Of a stretch of DNA of 64,000 nucleotides, positions 1 to 8,702 are shown piece after piece. The first letter of the stretch is position 1. The number at the start of each line of letters is the position of its first letter. Made by a program: the position numbers and the translations under genes. The notes beneath the pieces are model-generated. The model was not told the DNA's origin. It ran no database searches and saw only the letters and a program-made list of their open reading frames with translations. The stretch covers positions 2,208,001 through 2,272,000 of the forward strand of contig OZ245046.1 of the NCBI GenBank assembly GCA_965224245.1, written 5' to 3'. The DNA comes from Candidatus Eiseniibacteriota bacterium. Its GTDB lineage: Bacteria; Eisenbacteria; RBG-16-71-46; CAZAMP01.

Positions 1-134
1 ACGGTTTCGATCATGGGACGTATTCTGACCGATGGAGAAGCCCGGTCAACCGGAATGCGACGGCGCCGGGCCGGACGCACCCGGGACGCGGGATCCGTCG
101 ACGCGCGGCACCCTCACCGTGGCCGCGCCTCGTC

Positions 135-752
135 TCACCGCTCCCGGACGAGCGCACGCAGCCGCGTGATCGGAAGCCCCATGACGTTGTAGTAGCACCC
201 GCGGACCTCGGCCACGAACGCCCGGCCGAGCGCCTGCACGCCGTAGCCGCCGGCCTTGTCGTAGGGCTCGTCGGTCGCCACGTAGGCGGCGATCTCACCG
301 TCGTCGAGCGGCCGGAAGCGAACCTCCGTGATCTCGTCCCCCACCCGGATCACGCCCCCCACCGCCACCGCGACCCCGGTCACCACCCGATGCACGGCAC
401 CCGAGAGCACCCGGAGCATGCGTGCGGCATCCTCGCGCGAGACCGGCTTGCTCAGGGGCCCCTCGTGGGTCAGCACGACGGTGTCGGCGGCCACGACGAG
501 TCGATCGGGATGGGACCGGGCGACCACCTCCGCCTTCTCGCGCGCGAAACGAGCCGCCTGAGCGCGCCCGGGCTCACCGGGCTCCGGCTCCTCGTCCACG
601 TGCGCCGGCACCACGTCGAGCGCGACCCCCAGCATCTCGAGGATCTCCCGCCGCCTGGGGGATGCCGACGCCAGCACGATGGGCTCCGGCCCCAGGCCGA
701 GCGCACGCTGGGCGAACACCGACGTCTCCCGCGCCCCACCGAGCGGCGTCAC
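135..752 (-). CDS. maf: Maf family nucleoside triphosphate pyrophosphatase
   Basis: Motifs [45 protein letters not shown]. Confidence 0.95.
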   Translation of the reverse strand: MTPLGGARETSVFAQRALGLGPEPIVLASASPRRREILEMLGVALDVVPAHVDEEPEPGEPGRAQAARFAREKAEVVARSHPDRLVVAADTVVLTHEGPLSKPVSREDAARMLRVLSGAVHRVVTGVAVAVGGVIRVGDEITEVRFRPLDDGEIAAYVATDEPYDKAGGYGVQALGRAFVAEVRGCYYNVMGLPITRLRALVRER

Positions 753-1243
753 GACGACCGGCCCTCTTCGGTGCGGGACGCGGCCGGCGGCGCGGTCGCG
801 TGTCGCTCGGGCGAGTCGACGATCAGCGTCACCGGACCGTCGTTCACGAGCTCGACCGCCATCATGGCGCCGAACTCACCGGTTCCCACGGTGAGCCCCG
901 CCGCGCGGACGTGCCCGACGAACGCCTCGTAGAGCGGGATCGCCCCGGCCGGCGGCATCGCGCGGTCGAACGACGGCCGCCGTCCCTTCCGGCAGTCGCC
1001 GTGGAGCGTGAACTGGCTGACCACGAGAACGTCGCCCCCGAGATCCACCACCGACCGGTTCATCTTCCCTGCGTCGTCCTCGAAGATCCGCAGCGACGTG
1101 CACTTCGCGGCCAGCCACTCGGCGTCGCCCGCCGTGTCGCCCTTGCCCACGCCGAGCAGGATCAACAGCCCGCGCGCGATGGCCGACGTGCCGCCGGACC
1201 ACGTGACCGACGCGCGGGACACACGCTGAATGACGGCGCGCAC
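749..1243 (-). CDS. dtd: D-aminoacyl-tRNA deacylase
   Basis: GTG start gives (M)[19 protein letters not shown] and NDGPVT motifs; directly follows rel. Confidence 0.96.
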   Translation of the reverse strand: MRAVIQRVSRASVTWSGGTSAIARGLLILLGVGKGDTAGDAEWLAAKCTSLRIFEDDAGKMNRSVVDLGGDVLVVSQFTLHGDCRKGRRPSFDRAMPPAGAIPLYEAFVGHVRAAGLTVGTGEFGAMMAVELVNDGPVTLIVDSPERHATAPPAASRTEEGRSS

Positions 1244-1247
1244 GCGC

Positions 1248-3449
1248 TCAGCCCGCCCACTTCGCGTCGTTGGGATCGGCGTCGGTGGGCATGAGCTCGC
1301 GCACGACCTCGGTGACGCCACGCACCTTCTTCACCGCGCGCATGACCCGCTGGAGGTGCTTGACGTTCTGGACCTCGACCAGGAACACGCCCCGCGCGTC
1401 GGAGCCGTACGACTCGATGTCCGCGCGCCGGATGTTGGTCTTGGTGCTGGAGATCGCATTGGCCAGATCGGCCAGGAGGCTCTGCCGCTCGCTCCCGTAG
1501 ATGACCAGACGCGCCAGGAACGACGGAAACCCGTCCACGTCCCATTCGATCTCGACGCGACGGTCGGGCCCCACCCGCTCCTCGAACGCGTTCGGACAGT
1601 CGGCGCGGTGCACGCTGATGCCCCGCCCGCGGGTGATGACGCCCACCACGGGCTCGCCGGGAATGGGGCTGCAGCATCGGGCGACCCGGAACATCAGGTT
1701 GTCCATGGACTCGAACCGGATGCCGTGGCCGGGTCGGAACGGCCGGCTGTCGCGGATCTTCTGAAGACCCTCCTTGAACCGGCCCGTCTTCTCCTCCGGC
1801 GGATACAGCTTGTTGGCGACCTGCTGGGCGGAGACGTCTCCGGTGCCGAGCGCCGCCAGGAGGTTCTCCCTCGAGGGATACCCCAGCGCCTGCGCCACGT
1901 CGTCGAGCTCGCGGTCGCGCGGGAGCTTCTTCCGTTCCTTTCGAAGGTGCTTGTCGATGAGCTCGCGCCCCAGCTCGATCGACTCGTCCCGGAGCCGCGC
2001 GCGCACGGCCTGTCGGATCTTCGTGCGAGCCTTCGGGCTCTTGACGACGTTCAGCCAGTCGCGGGACGGCTGTGACGCCTTCGACGTGATCACGGCGACG
2101 GTCTCCCCGTTCCGGAGCTCGTAGCGCAGCGGCACGAACCGGCCGTTCACCTTCGCGCCGACCACGTGATCGCCGAGGTCGGTGTGGACCGCGTAGGCGA
2201 AGTCGATCGGGGTCGAGCCGGCCGGGAGCTTCATCAGATCGCCCTTGGGCGTGAACACGAACACCTCGTCTTGATAGAACGACGTGCGCAGCGAGTCCAT
2301 CACCTCCTCGGGATCGCTGGTCTCCTCGATCGCCTCGCTCGCCGCCTTCACGATGCCGGCCAGCTGCTCGGTGATGCCCGGGTCCGCGTCTCCGCCTTCC
2401 TTGTACGAGTAGTGTGCGGCCACGCCGAACTCGGCCACGTGATGCATGCGCCAGGTCCGGATCTGGACCTCCACCATCCGGTGCTGCGGCCCGTACACCG
2501 TCGTGTGGAGCGACTGGTACAGGTTGCTCTTCGGCGTCGCGATGTAGTCGTCGAACCGGTCGCCGACCGGCGTGAAGAGCCCGTGGATGATGCCGAGAAT
2601 CCGGTAGCAGTCGGCCGTCTCGGTGGTGATGATGCGGACGCCCAGGAGGTCGTGCAGCTCGTCGTAGGGGATACCCGTGCGCTTCGACTTGTTGTAGATC
2701 GAGTAGAAGTGCTTGGGACGACCATAGACGTCGGCCTCGATCGACGCCTTCCCGAGCTCGGCCTCGATGACGCCGCGGAACTCGGCGATCAGCTCCTCGC
2801 GGACCGCGCGCTTGGCGTCGACCTTGGACGCGATCTCCTTGTATGCGATCGGATCCAGGTACTTGAGGGCCAGATCCTCGAGCTCCCACTTGATCTTCCC
2901 GATGCCCAGGCGATGGGCCAGCGGCGCGTAGATCTCGCGCGTCTCGCGCGCGATGACCCGCTGCTTCTCGGGAGACATGTACTGGAGCGTGCGCATGTTG
3001 TGGAGCCGGTCGCAGAGCTTCACCAGGATCACACGCAAGTCGGCCGACATGGCCAGGATGAGCTTGCGGAAGTTCTCGGCCTGCTGCGCCTCGGGGTTCG
3101 TGAACGACAGGCCGCTGAGCTTCGTGACCCCGTTCACCAGGGACGCGACCTCGGGGCCGAACTCCTTCTCGAGGTCCCGCACCGTGACGCCGGTATCCTC
3201 GATCGTGTCGTGGAGAAGCGCGACGCACACCGCGACCGTGTCGGTCCGCTGCTCCATCAGCTCGATCACGCCGAGCGCGACCTCGAAGACGTGAATGACG
3301 AACGGTTGTCCCGACCGACGGGTCTGGCCGTGGTGGGCGTCGATCACGAACGTGCACGCCTTGCGGACGACGTCCATGTCGACGGCGGCGCCCTGCTCGG
3401 CGAGGGCGGCGAGGAACTCGTCGCGCTTGGTCAGTACGGTTGGATCCAC
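1248..3449 (-). CDS. rel: Bifunctional (p)ppGpp synthetase/hydrolase (long RSH: HD, SYNTH, TGS, ACT)
   Basis: [62 protein letters not shown]. Confidence 0.97.
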   Translation of the reverse strand: MDPTVLTKRDEFLAALAEQGAAVDMDVVRKACTFVIDAHHGQTRRSGQPFVIHVFEVALGVIELMEQRTDTVAVCVALLHDTIEDTGVTVRDLEKEFGPEVASLVNGVTKLSGLSFTNPEAQQAENFRKLILAMSADLRVILVKLCDRLHNMRTLQYMSPEKQRVIARETREIYAPLAHRLGIGKIKWELEDLALKYLDPIAYKEIASKVDAKRAVREELIAEFRGVIEAELGKASIEADVYGRPKHFYSIYNKSKRTGIPYDELHDLLGVRIITTETADCYRILGIIHGLFTPVGDRFDDYIATPKSNLYQSLHTTVYGPQHRMVEVQIRTWRMHHVAEFGVAAHYSYKEGGDADPGITEQLAGIVKAASEAIEETSDPEEVMDSLRTSFYQDEVFVFTPKGDLMKLPAGSTPIDFAYAVHTDLGDHVVGAKVNGRFVPLRYELRNGETVAVITSKASQPSRDWLNVVKSPKARTKIRQAVRARLRDESIELGRELIDKHLRKERKKLPRDRELDDVAQALGYPSRENLLAALGTGDVSAQQVANKLYPPEEKTGRFKEGLQKIRDSRPFRPGHGIRFESMDNLMFRVARCCSPIPGEPVVGVITRGRGISVHRADCPNAFEERVGPDRRVEIEWDVDGFPSFLARLVIYGSERQSLLADLANAISSTKTNIRRADIESYGSDARGVFLVEVQNVKHLQRVMRAVKKVRGVTEVVRELMPTDADPNDAKWAG

Positions 3450-3453
3450 GTCG

Positions 3454-5163
3454 TCAGTCCGTCTTCAGATCCTTCACCTTCAGCTGTACCGATTCGCGAC
3501 CGCGATAGCGGTTGATCGTCGGTACGAAGACCAGCGAGAAGTGCTGCCCGGGCTGCGAGATCGACTCGGCGCGGTCGCCGAGTCCGAACGCGATGCACTC
3601 GCGCGTGTGCCCCTCCTGATAGGCGGTCAGGCGCAGGTGCTGACCCTGGTCTCCCGTTCGGCGCGGCGGCTCGAGCAGCTGCAGCTCGTGGCACACGAAC
3701 ATCGGCTCGGGATTCTCGTAGCCGAACGGTGCCAGACGTTCGCACAGGAGCGCCAGCTTGCGATCGCTGTCCTTGAGGCGGACGGCCTCCTCGATGTGCA
3801 GCCGCGGCCGGCGGTCCAGCTCCGAGAGGGGGCCGCGCGCGTTCGCGATGAACCGCTCCCGGAACGTCTCGAGGTGGGTGGTGCGGATGGTCAGACCGGC
3901 CGCGTACTTGTGTCCCCCCCACTCCTCGAGGAGATCGTTGCAGCCCGAGAGCGCCCCCACGAGATCGAAGCCGGAGATCGATCGGCCCGAGCCGCGTCCC
4001 TCGCCGTCGTCGACGGCCATCAGCACCGCCGGCACCCGGTAGCGCTCGACGAGGCGCGACGCCACGATCCCCAGCACGCCCGAGTGCCAGTCCGAGGACC
4101 ACAGGACCAGGGGCTCGGCGCGGTCGCTGCGGCCCAGCGCCTCGACCATCCCGATCGCCTCCTCGAGCATCGCCTCGTCGATCTTGCGCCGGTTCACGTT
4201 GTTGCGCTCGAGCGTCGCGGCCAGCGTCTTGGACTCCTCGGCGTCCTCGGAGAGCAGGAGCCGGATGCCGGTCTCGGAGTCCCCGAGACGCCCGGCCGCG
4301 TTGATGCGGGGCGCGATCACGAACGCGACGTGCCCCGAGTCCACGCGCCGGCCGCCGAGCCCGACGGCGTCGAGCAACGCGCGCACGCCCACCTTGTCCG
4401 AGCTCGACAGCCGCTCGAGCCCGATCTGCGCGAGCACGCGGTTCTCGCCCTGAAGCGGTACGACGTCGGCGATGGTCCCCAGCGCGACCAGGTCGAGATT
4501 GTCGTGCAGCGTGCGGGTGGCCGACTCGTTTCCGGTCACCAGCGCCTCCAGGAGCTTGAAGGCCACGCCGACCCCGGCGAAGTCCTTGAACGGGTACTCG
4601 CAGTCCGGCCGTTTCGGATTGACCACCGCGATCGCGTCGGGCATCGAGGCGCCCACCTCGTGGTGATCGGTGACGACGGTGTCGATTCCGTGCGTGTTCG
4701 CGTAGGCCACCGGCTCGAGCGCGCCGATGCCGCAGTCCGCGGTGATGATCAGCGAGACCCCCTTCGAGCGGGCGTAGTCGATCGCGCGGTTCGACAGCCC
4801 GTAGCCGTCGCGGATGCGATGGGGGATGAAGTGCTCGACGCCGGCTCCGAAGCTCCGGAGCACCCGGACGAGCAACGCGGTCGCCGTCGTACCGTCCACG
4901 TCGTAGTCGCCGTGCACGAGCAGACGCTCGCCCGATTCGAGCGCGCGCCGGACGCGGTCCACGGCACGGTCGAGGTCCTTGAGTCCGCTCGGGTCGGCGA
5001 GGTTGGCCAGATCGGGGTACAGGAACGAGGTCGCGGACGCGGGCGTGTCGAAGCCTCGCCGCACGAGCAGCCGGGCAAACTCGGCGGGGACCTCCAGCGC
5101 CCCGGCGACCGTCGCCGTCGCCGCGGGATCCGGGGGGTCGGCTACCGTCCACGCGGTCTCCAT
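3454..5163 (-). CDS. recJ: Single-stranded-DNA exonuclease RecJ
   Basis: HGDYDVDG, TADCG, TDHH, LGTIADVVPL, PRINAAGR, GGHKYAAG; ATG at 5163 with GAAGGGA RBS. Confidence 0.96.
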   Translation of the reverse strand: METAWTVADPPDPAATATVAGALEVPAEFARLLVRRGFDTPASATSFLYPDLANLADPSGLKDLDRAVDRVRRALESGERLLVHGDYDVDGTTATALLVRVLRSFGAGVEHFIPHRIRDGYGLSNRAIDYARSKGVSLIITADCGIGALEPVAYANTHGIDTVVTDHHEVGASMPDAIAVVNPKRPDCEYPFKDFAGVGVAFKLLEALVTGNESATRTLHDNLDLVALGTIADVVPLQGENRVLAQIGLERLSSSDKVGVRALLDAVGLGGRRVDSGHVAFVIAPRINAAGRLGDSETGIRLLLSEDAEESKTLAATLERNNVNRRKIDEAMLEEAIGMVEALGRSDRAEPLVLWSSDWHSGVLGIVASRLVERYRVPAVLMAVDDGEGRGSGRSISGFDLVGALSGCNDLLEEWGGHKYAAGLTIRTTHLETFRERFIANARGPLSELDRRPRLHIEEAVRLKDSDRKLALLCERLAPFGYENPEPMFVCHELQLLEPPRRTGDQGQHLRLTAYQEGHTRECIAFGLGDRAESISQPGQHFSLVFVPTINRYRGRESVQLKVKDLKTD

Positions 5164-5268
5164 CGTCGATCCCTTCGGTGGCGAATCCGATGCGGGGCCA
5201 CCCATGGAAGGACGTCGGCGGCAGCCCCTCCTTTTCTGGAAAAGGCCTCGAACTCTTTGTGTGACAGG

Positions 5269-5298
5269 ACGCTATCAGGGAGCGAGGAAACGTGTCAA
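5269..5298 (-). promoter_or_regulatory. Putative sigma70 promoter for recJ-rel-dtd-maf
   Basis: TTGACA (5298-5293), 18-nt spacer, TG-n-TAGCGT (5274-5269). Confidence 0.5.
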
Positions 5299-6632
5299 CG
5301 CCGCTCGTCTGGCGTCCCGGCCGCCGCGTTGCCACCCGGCGCCGGCGTCCGAGGTGGAACGCGCGCCGGCGAGCCCCCGACGACCACGCGAAACGGCTCG
5401 GCGAGCGAGACTTTCCGCTGATCGCCGCTCGCCGGGTCGAGCCGATAGAGTCGCCCGGCCTCGGGCACGGCGACGAAGAGCGCTCCGGTCGACCGGTCCA
5501 CCGCGATCGAGGTCGCCGCACCGACGCCGGACACGGTGTCGGTGATCGACAGATCCGTCGCGCGACGGCGGATCGTCTCGCGCCCCTCGACGACCCAGGC
5601 GCCGTCACCGTCGGCGCACATCGCCAGTGGGCCGTCGATCACGCTGCGCCGCGCGGTGATGGTCGACGTGGCGAGATCGACGGCAATCAGCTCGTGGTCG
5701 ACCGAATCGCCCACGATCAGGGTCTCGCCGACCCGCGCCAGCATCATGCCGCTGAACGAGGCGTCGAGGACGGTGACGCTGTCGGCGTCGACGTCGGCGA
5801 CGCCGACTCCGTGATTCACGCCCAGAGCCACCAGGACGCGGTCGCGGACCGGATCGGCGACCAGGTCCCGCACCTCGGGAGACGCCTCGAGGGTGAGCTC
5901 GATCCCGCCGGCATCGGTCGCGATCAGGTCGGGCGTGCGACCCGGATACCAGCTCCCGACCCAGACGACGTCGTTCGAGGTGGGCGCGATCCGGTACGGC
6001 AGATCCACGCGGCGTCGCTCCATGATCTCGCCGTCGCGGTCGAGCCGGAGGATCTCGTCTCCGTAGAAGTCGGCCACCCAGACCGCGTCTCCGTGGGTGA
6101 CCTCGACGTCGAAGTACGGGCTCGGGGCCCCGGTCCGGAACCGGAGGGCACGGCCGTCGGGCGTGGTTCGGACCAGCCCGAACGGTGCGTTCTCCAGCAC
6201 CCAGGGTACCGCAGGCCCCGGCGTGGCCGGCTTCTCGGGCAGCGCGATCACGTCCCCCCCGTCCAGCCGGAGACGGAGCTCGTAGCGAACCGTGAGTCCG
6301 TTCACGAGATCCGTGTCGCGAGCCGCGGTCACCGACGTCTCGAGCTCCGACAGAAGCGCGAAGTCCGCCTCGTCGACCGCGCGCCAGAGCTCGAAGCGCG
6401 TGAGCCCCTCGGTCGGGAGCGCCGCCCAGCTCACGTCGACCGCCGCGTCGTCGGCCCGCGCGCGCAGCACGTCGGGCCGACCGGACGTGTCGGGGTTGCC
6501 GGGGTCGAGCGGGTTGGTCCGCTCGCGGTCGTCGCACCCCGCGATCGAGATCGCGAGCGCCAGCGCCAGCGCGGGGCAGAGTGCCCGGCCGCGACGGGAC
6601 GACCGGCCGTCATCCGGTGTCAGTAGCGCCAT
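5295..6632 (-). CDS. Lipoprotein with FN3-like domain and beta-propeller (NHL/YncE-like)
   Basis: Lipobox IAGC followed by RERTNPLDP; VSW..FELWR..YEL FN3-like segment; blade-like repeats (VWVADF, VWVGSW, AWVVEG, LFVAVP). Confidence 0.7.
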   Translation of the reverse strand: MALLTPDDGRSSRRGRALCPALALALAISIAGCDDRERTNPLDPGNPDTSGRPDVLRARADDAAVDVSWAALPTEGLTRFELWRAVDEADFALLSELETSVTAARDTDLVNGLTVRYELRLRLDGGDVIALPEKPATPGPAVPWVLENAPFGLVRTTPDGRALRFRTGAPSPYFDVEVTHGDAVWVADFYGDEILRLDRDGEIMERRRVDLPYRIAPTSNDVVWVGSWYPGRTPDLIATDAGGIELTLEASPEVRDLVADPVRDRVLVALGVNHGVGVADVDADSVTVLDASFSGMMLARVGETLIVGDSVDHELIAVDLATSTITARRSVIDGPLAMCADGDGAWVVEGRETIRRRATDLSITDTVSGVGAATSIAVDRSTGALFVAVPEAGRLYRLDPASGDQRKVSLAEPFRVVVGGSPARVPPRTPAPGGNAAAGTPDERR

Positions 6633-7561
6633 TGGAGCCCGATCCCGGTCCGATCGCGCGAGCGATCGAGAACCGGCGTGACGTCGTCCCGGAGGAAATG
6701 CCGGGTCAAGAGCCAGGCGCTGACGACCAGCCCCGTCTCGGCGGCGGCCCAGGCGATCGCCGCGTATCCGTCGTATCGATCGGCGCGGTCCAGGAGCCTC
6801 GACATGTCGGCCGGGATCGCCGACCGCTCGTACCCGGCATACGCGTCGTCCGCGACGTCCTTGTAGTAGATGGCGAGCCCGACACTGGCCGCGCTCGCGC
6901 CCAGTATCATCCAGTTCGTCAGCGACAGGCGGGCGCTCCCCACCGACGTGACGGGACCCGCGGGCTGAGCGGCGTCCACCGGACGCAGCGTGAACACGAC
7001 GTCTCCACCGCCCCGGAGCCGCTCGGCCGTGGCCGACTCGGCGTGGTATCCGTCCTTGCGGATGCGAACCCCTTCGCGGTCGCGCTCGCGCCAGCGCGTG
7101 ATGAGCGGCGTGTGCCCGATCACCCGCCCGTTCTTGACGATCTCGGCGTCCTGGGGGTCGGAGTCGAGTCGCACGAGGGTGCCCAGACGCTCCTCGACGA
7201 GCAGGGTATCGCCCGCCGCGACGTCGATCGTCCGCTCGGGCACCGGCTCGGGCTCGAACGCCATCGGCGGCATCGACCGGAACCAGACCCGATGCGGCCC
7301 CACCTCCAGCGGGCCCGACGTGATCGGCGTCAGGCCGAGGAAGCTCCCGTCCACGTAGACGTATGCACCCGAGGGCACGCTACGGAGGACGAGCACGCCC
7401 GATCCGTCGGCCGTCCCCTCGACCGCTCCACCCTGGTCCGGATCGGCGGCACTCGACGCACACGCCGGCGCCGCGAGCGCGCCCATGGCCAGCGCACACG
7501 CGATCACCGGCGTCCAGGCTCGGACGCGAGCGCGATCAGGAGTTCGACGATTCGTACGCAT
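6620..7561 (-). CDS. PEGA-domain membrane/outer-membrane protein
   Basis: Two PEGA-like repeats (SVPSGAYVYVDGSFLGLTP; SDPQDAEIVKNGRVIGHTP), hydrophobic helices, C-terminal GIGLQWRY. Confidence 0.8.
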   Translation of the reverse strand: MRTNRRTPDRARVRAWTPVIACALAMGALAAPACASSAADPDQGGAVEGTADGSGVLVLRSVPSGAYVYVDGSFLGLTPITSGPLEVGPHRVWFRSMPPMAFEPEPVPERTIDVAAGDTLLVEERLGTLVRLDSDPQDAEIVKNGRVIGHTPLITRWRERDREGVRIRKDGYHAESATAERLRGGGDVVFTLRPVDAAQPAGPVTSVGSARLSLTNWMILGASAASVGLAIYYKDVADDAYAGYERSAIPADMSRLLDRADRYDGYAAIAWAAAETGLVVSAWLLTRHFLRDDVTPVLDRSRDRTGIGLQWRY

Positions 7562-8702
7562 AGACGTGTCCCGCGTCGTCGACGGCGATCAGCACGTGTC
7601 CGGACACGAGCGCCGCCGTCCGAACCGGACGCTTCAGATCGACCGTGTGAATCACCCGGCGCGCCGACCGCGACACGATCTGGCACGTGGCCGTCATCGT
7701 GGTCACGATCACCGCATCGCCGGCCACCGCAGGCTTCGACCGGGAGACTCCGCGCAGCTGAACGCTCCAGGACAGCTCCCCGGTGTGCCGGTCCAGCACG
7801 TGGAGCCATCCGGCGGATCCGGTCACGAACACCTCGTCTCCGTCGATCACGACCGGCGCCCACACGTGCGTGTCGAGCTCCCGCCGCCAGTCGGCTGCGC
7901 CGGTGGCCACGTCGAGGGAGACGATCGTGCCGTCCAGCGACGGCGCGATGACCCGATCGCCGGCGAGCGTCGCCCCACCCCGGCTGCCGGATTCGAGAGG
8001 GACCTGCCACACGAGCGCGCCGTCCGCCGTGGCGTACGCGGCCACCGTGCTCGATTCGCCGGTCACGACGACCACGTCGTCGTTCGCGGCGAGCGGCGCG
8101 CCCCACCGGTCCTCGAGCTCCACCGACCACCGGGTCTCGCCGGTGTCCACGTCGAGCGCCATCAGGCCGTCGGTGCGATCGGTGACGTACAGCACCCCGC
8201 CGCGCACCACCGGTCCGCCGTACGGCACGAGGTCACGGCGCCACCAGGACTCGGCGCCGTCCTCGATCCCGAGCGCGAGCAGCCCGGGGTCGGGCAACGC
8301 GTGTCCCACGATCACCCGATCGTCGGCGACGATCGGCGCGGTCGAGGGCGCGCCCTTCAGCTTCTTCTTCCAGAACCCGCCCCCGTTGGCGAGATCGAGG
8401 TAGTGCACGCTCAGATCCGTCGAGGCGACGAGCACGCCGTCGCCGGCCAGACAGGCGTCGAAGTCGGGGCCGCGACCCGCTCGACGCTCCCACAGGAGGT
8501 ACAGCGGCGGCTCGAGGGACGTCGACCCGACGGCCCCCGTTCGCCTCGCGTCGCCCCCGACCCCCGGCCAGTCGGGCACGGTCGAGGGGGGCGTGCGAAG
8601 CGCGTTCGTGCCGCAGGACAGCCAGAGGCACGTCGCGGCCGGCAGCAGCATCGCGATCCACCGCGGGTGCCGCACGGGCGGCCTTCGACCGGGCGCACGC
8701 AT
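7536..8702 (-). CDS. PQQ-like beta-propeller lipoprotein (BamB-like)
   Basis: ATG overlaps the TGA of the upstream gene; lipobox-like WLSC; repeated ALDxxTGxxxW motifs. Confidence 0.85.
   Translation of the reverse strand: MRAPGRRPPVRHPRWIAMLLPAATCLWLSCGTNALRTPPSTVPDWPGVGGDARRTGAVGSTSLEPPLYLLWERRAGRGPDFDACLAGDGVLVASTDLSVHYLDLANGGGFWKKKLKGAPSTAPIVADDRVIVGHALPDPGLLALGIEDGAESWWRRDLVPYGGPVVRGGVLYVTDRTDGLMALDVDTGETRWSVELEDRWGAPLAANDDVVVVTGESSTVAAYATADGALVWQVPLESGSRGGATLAGDRVIAPSLDGTIVSLDVATGAADWRRELDTHVWAPVVIDGDEVFVTGSAGWLHVLDRHTGELSWSVQLRGVSRSKPAVAGDAVIVTTMTATCQIVSRSARRVIHTVDLKRPVRTAALVSGHVLIAVDDAGHVYAYESSNS

Noticed and set aside
1-134. Possible start of a further minus-strand gene (ATG at 14) after maf
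   Set aside because: Only four codons visible; cannot be supported
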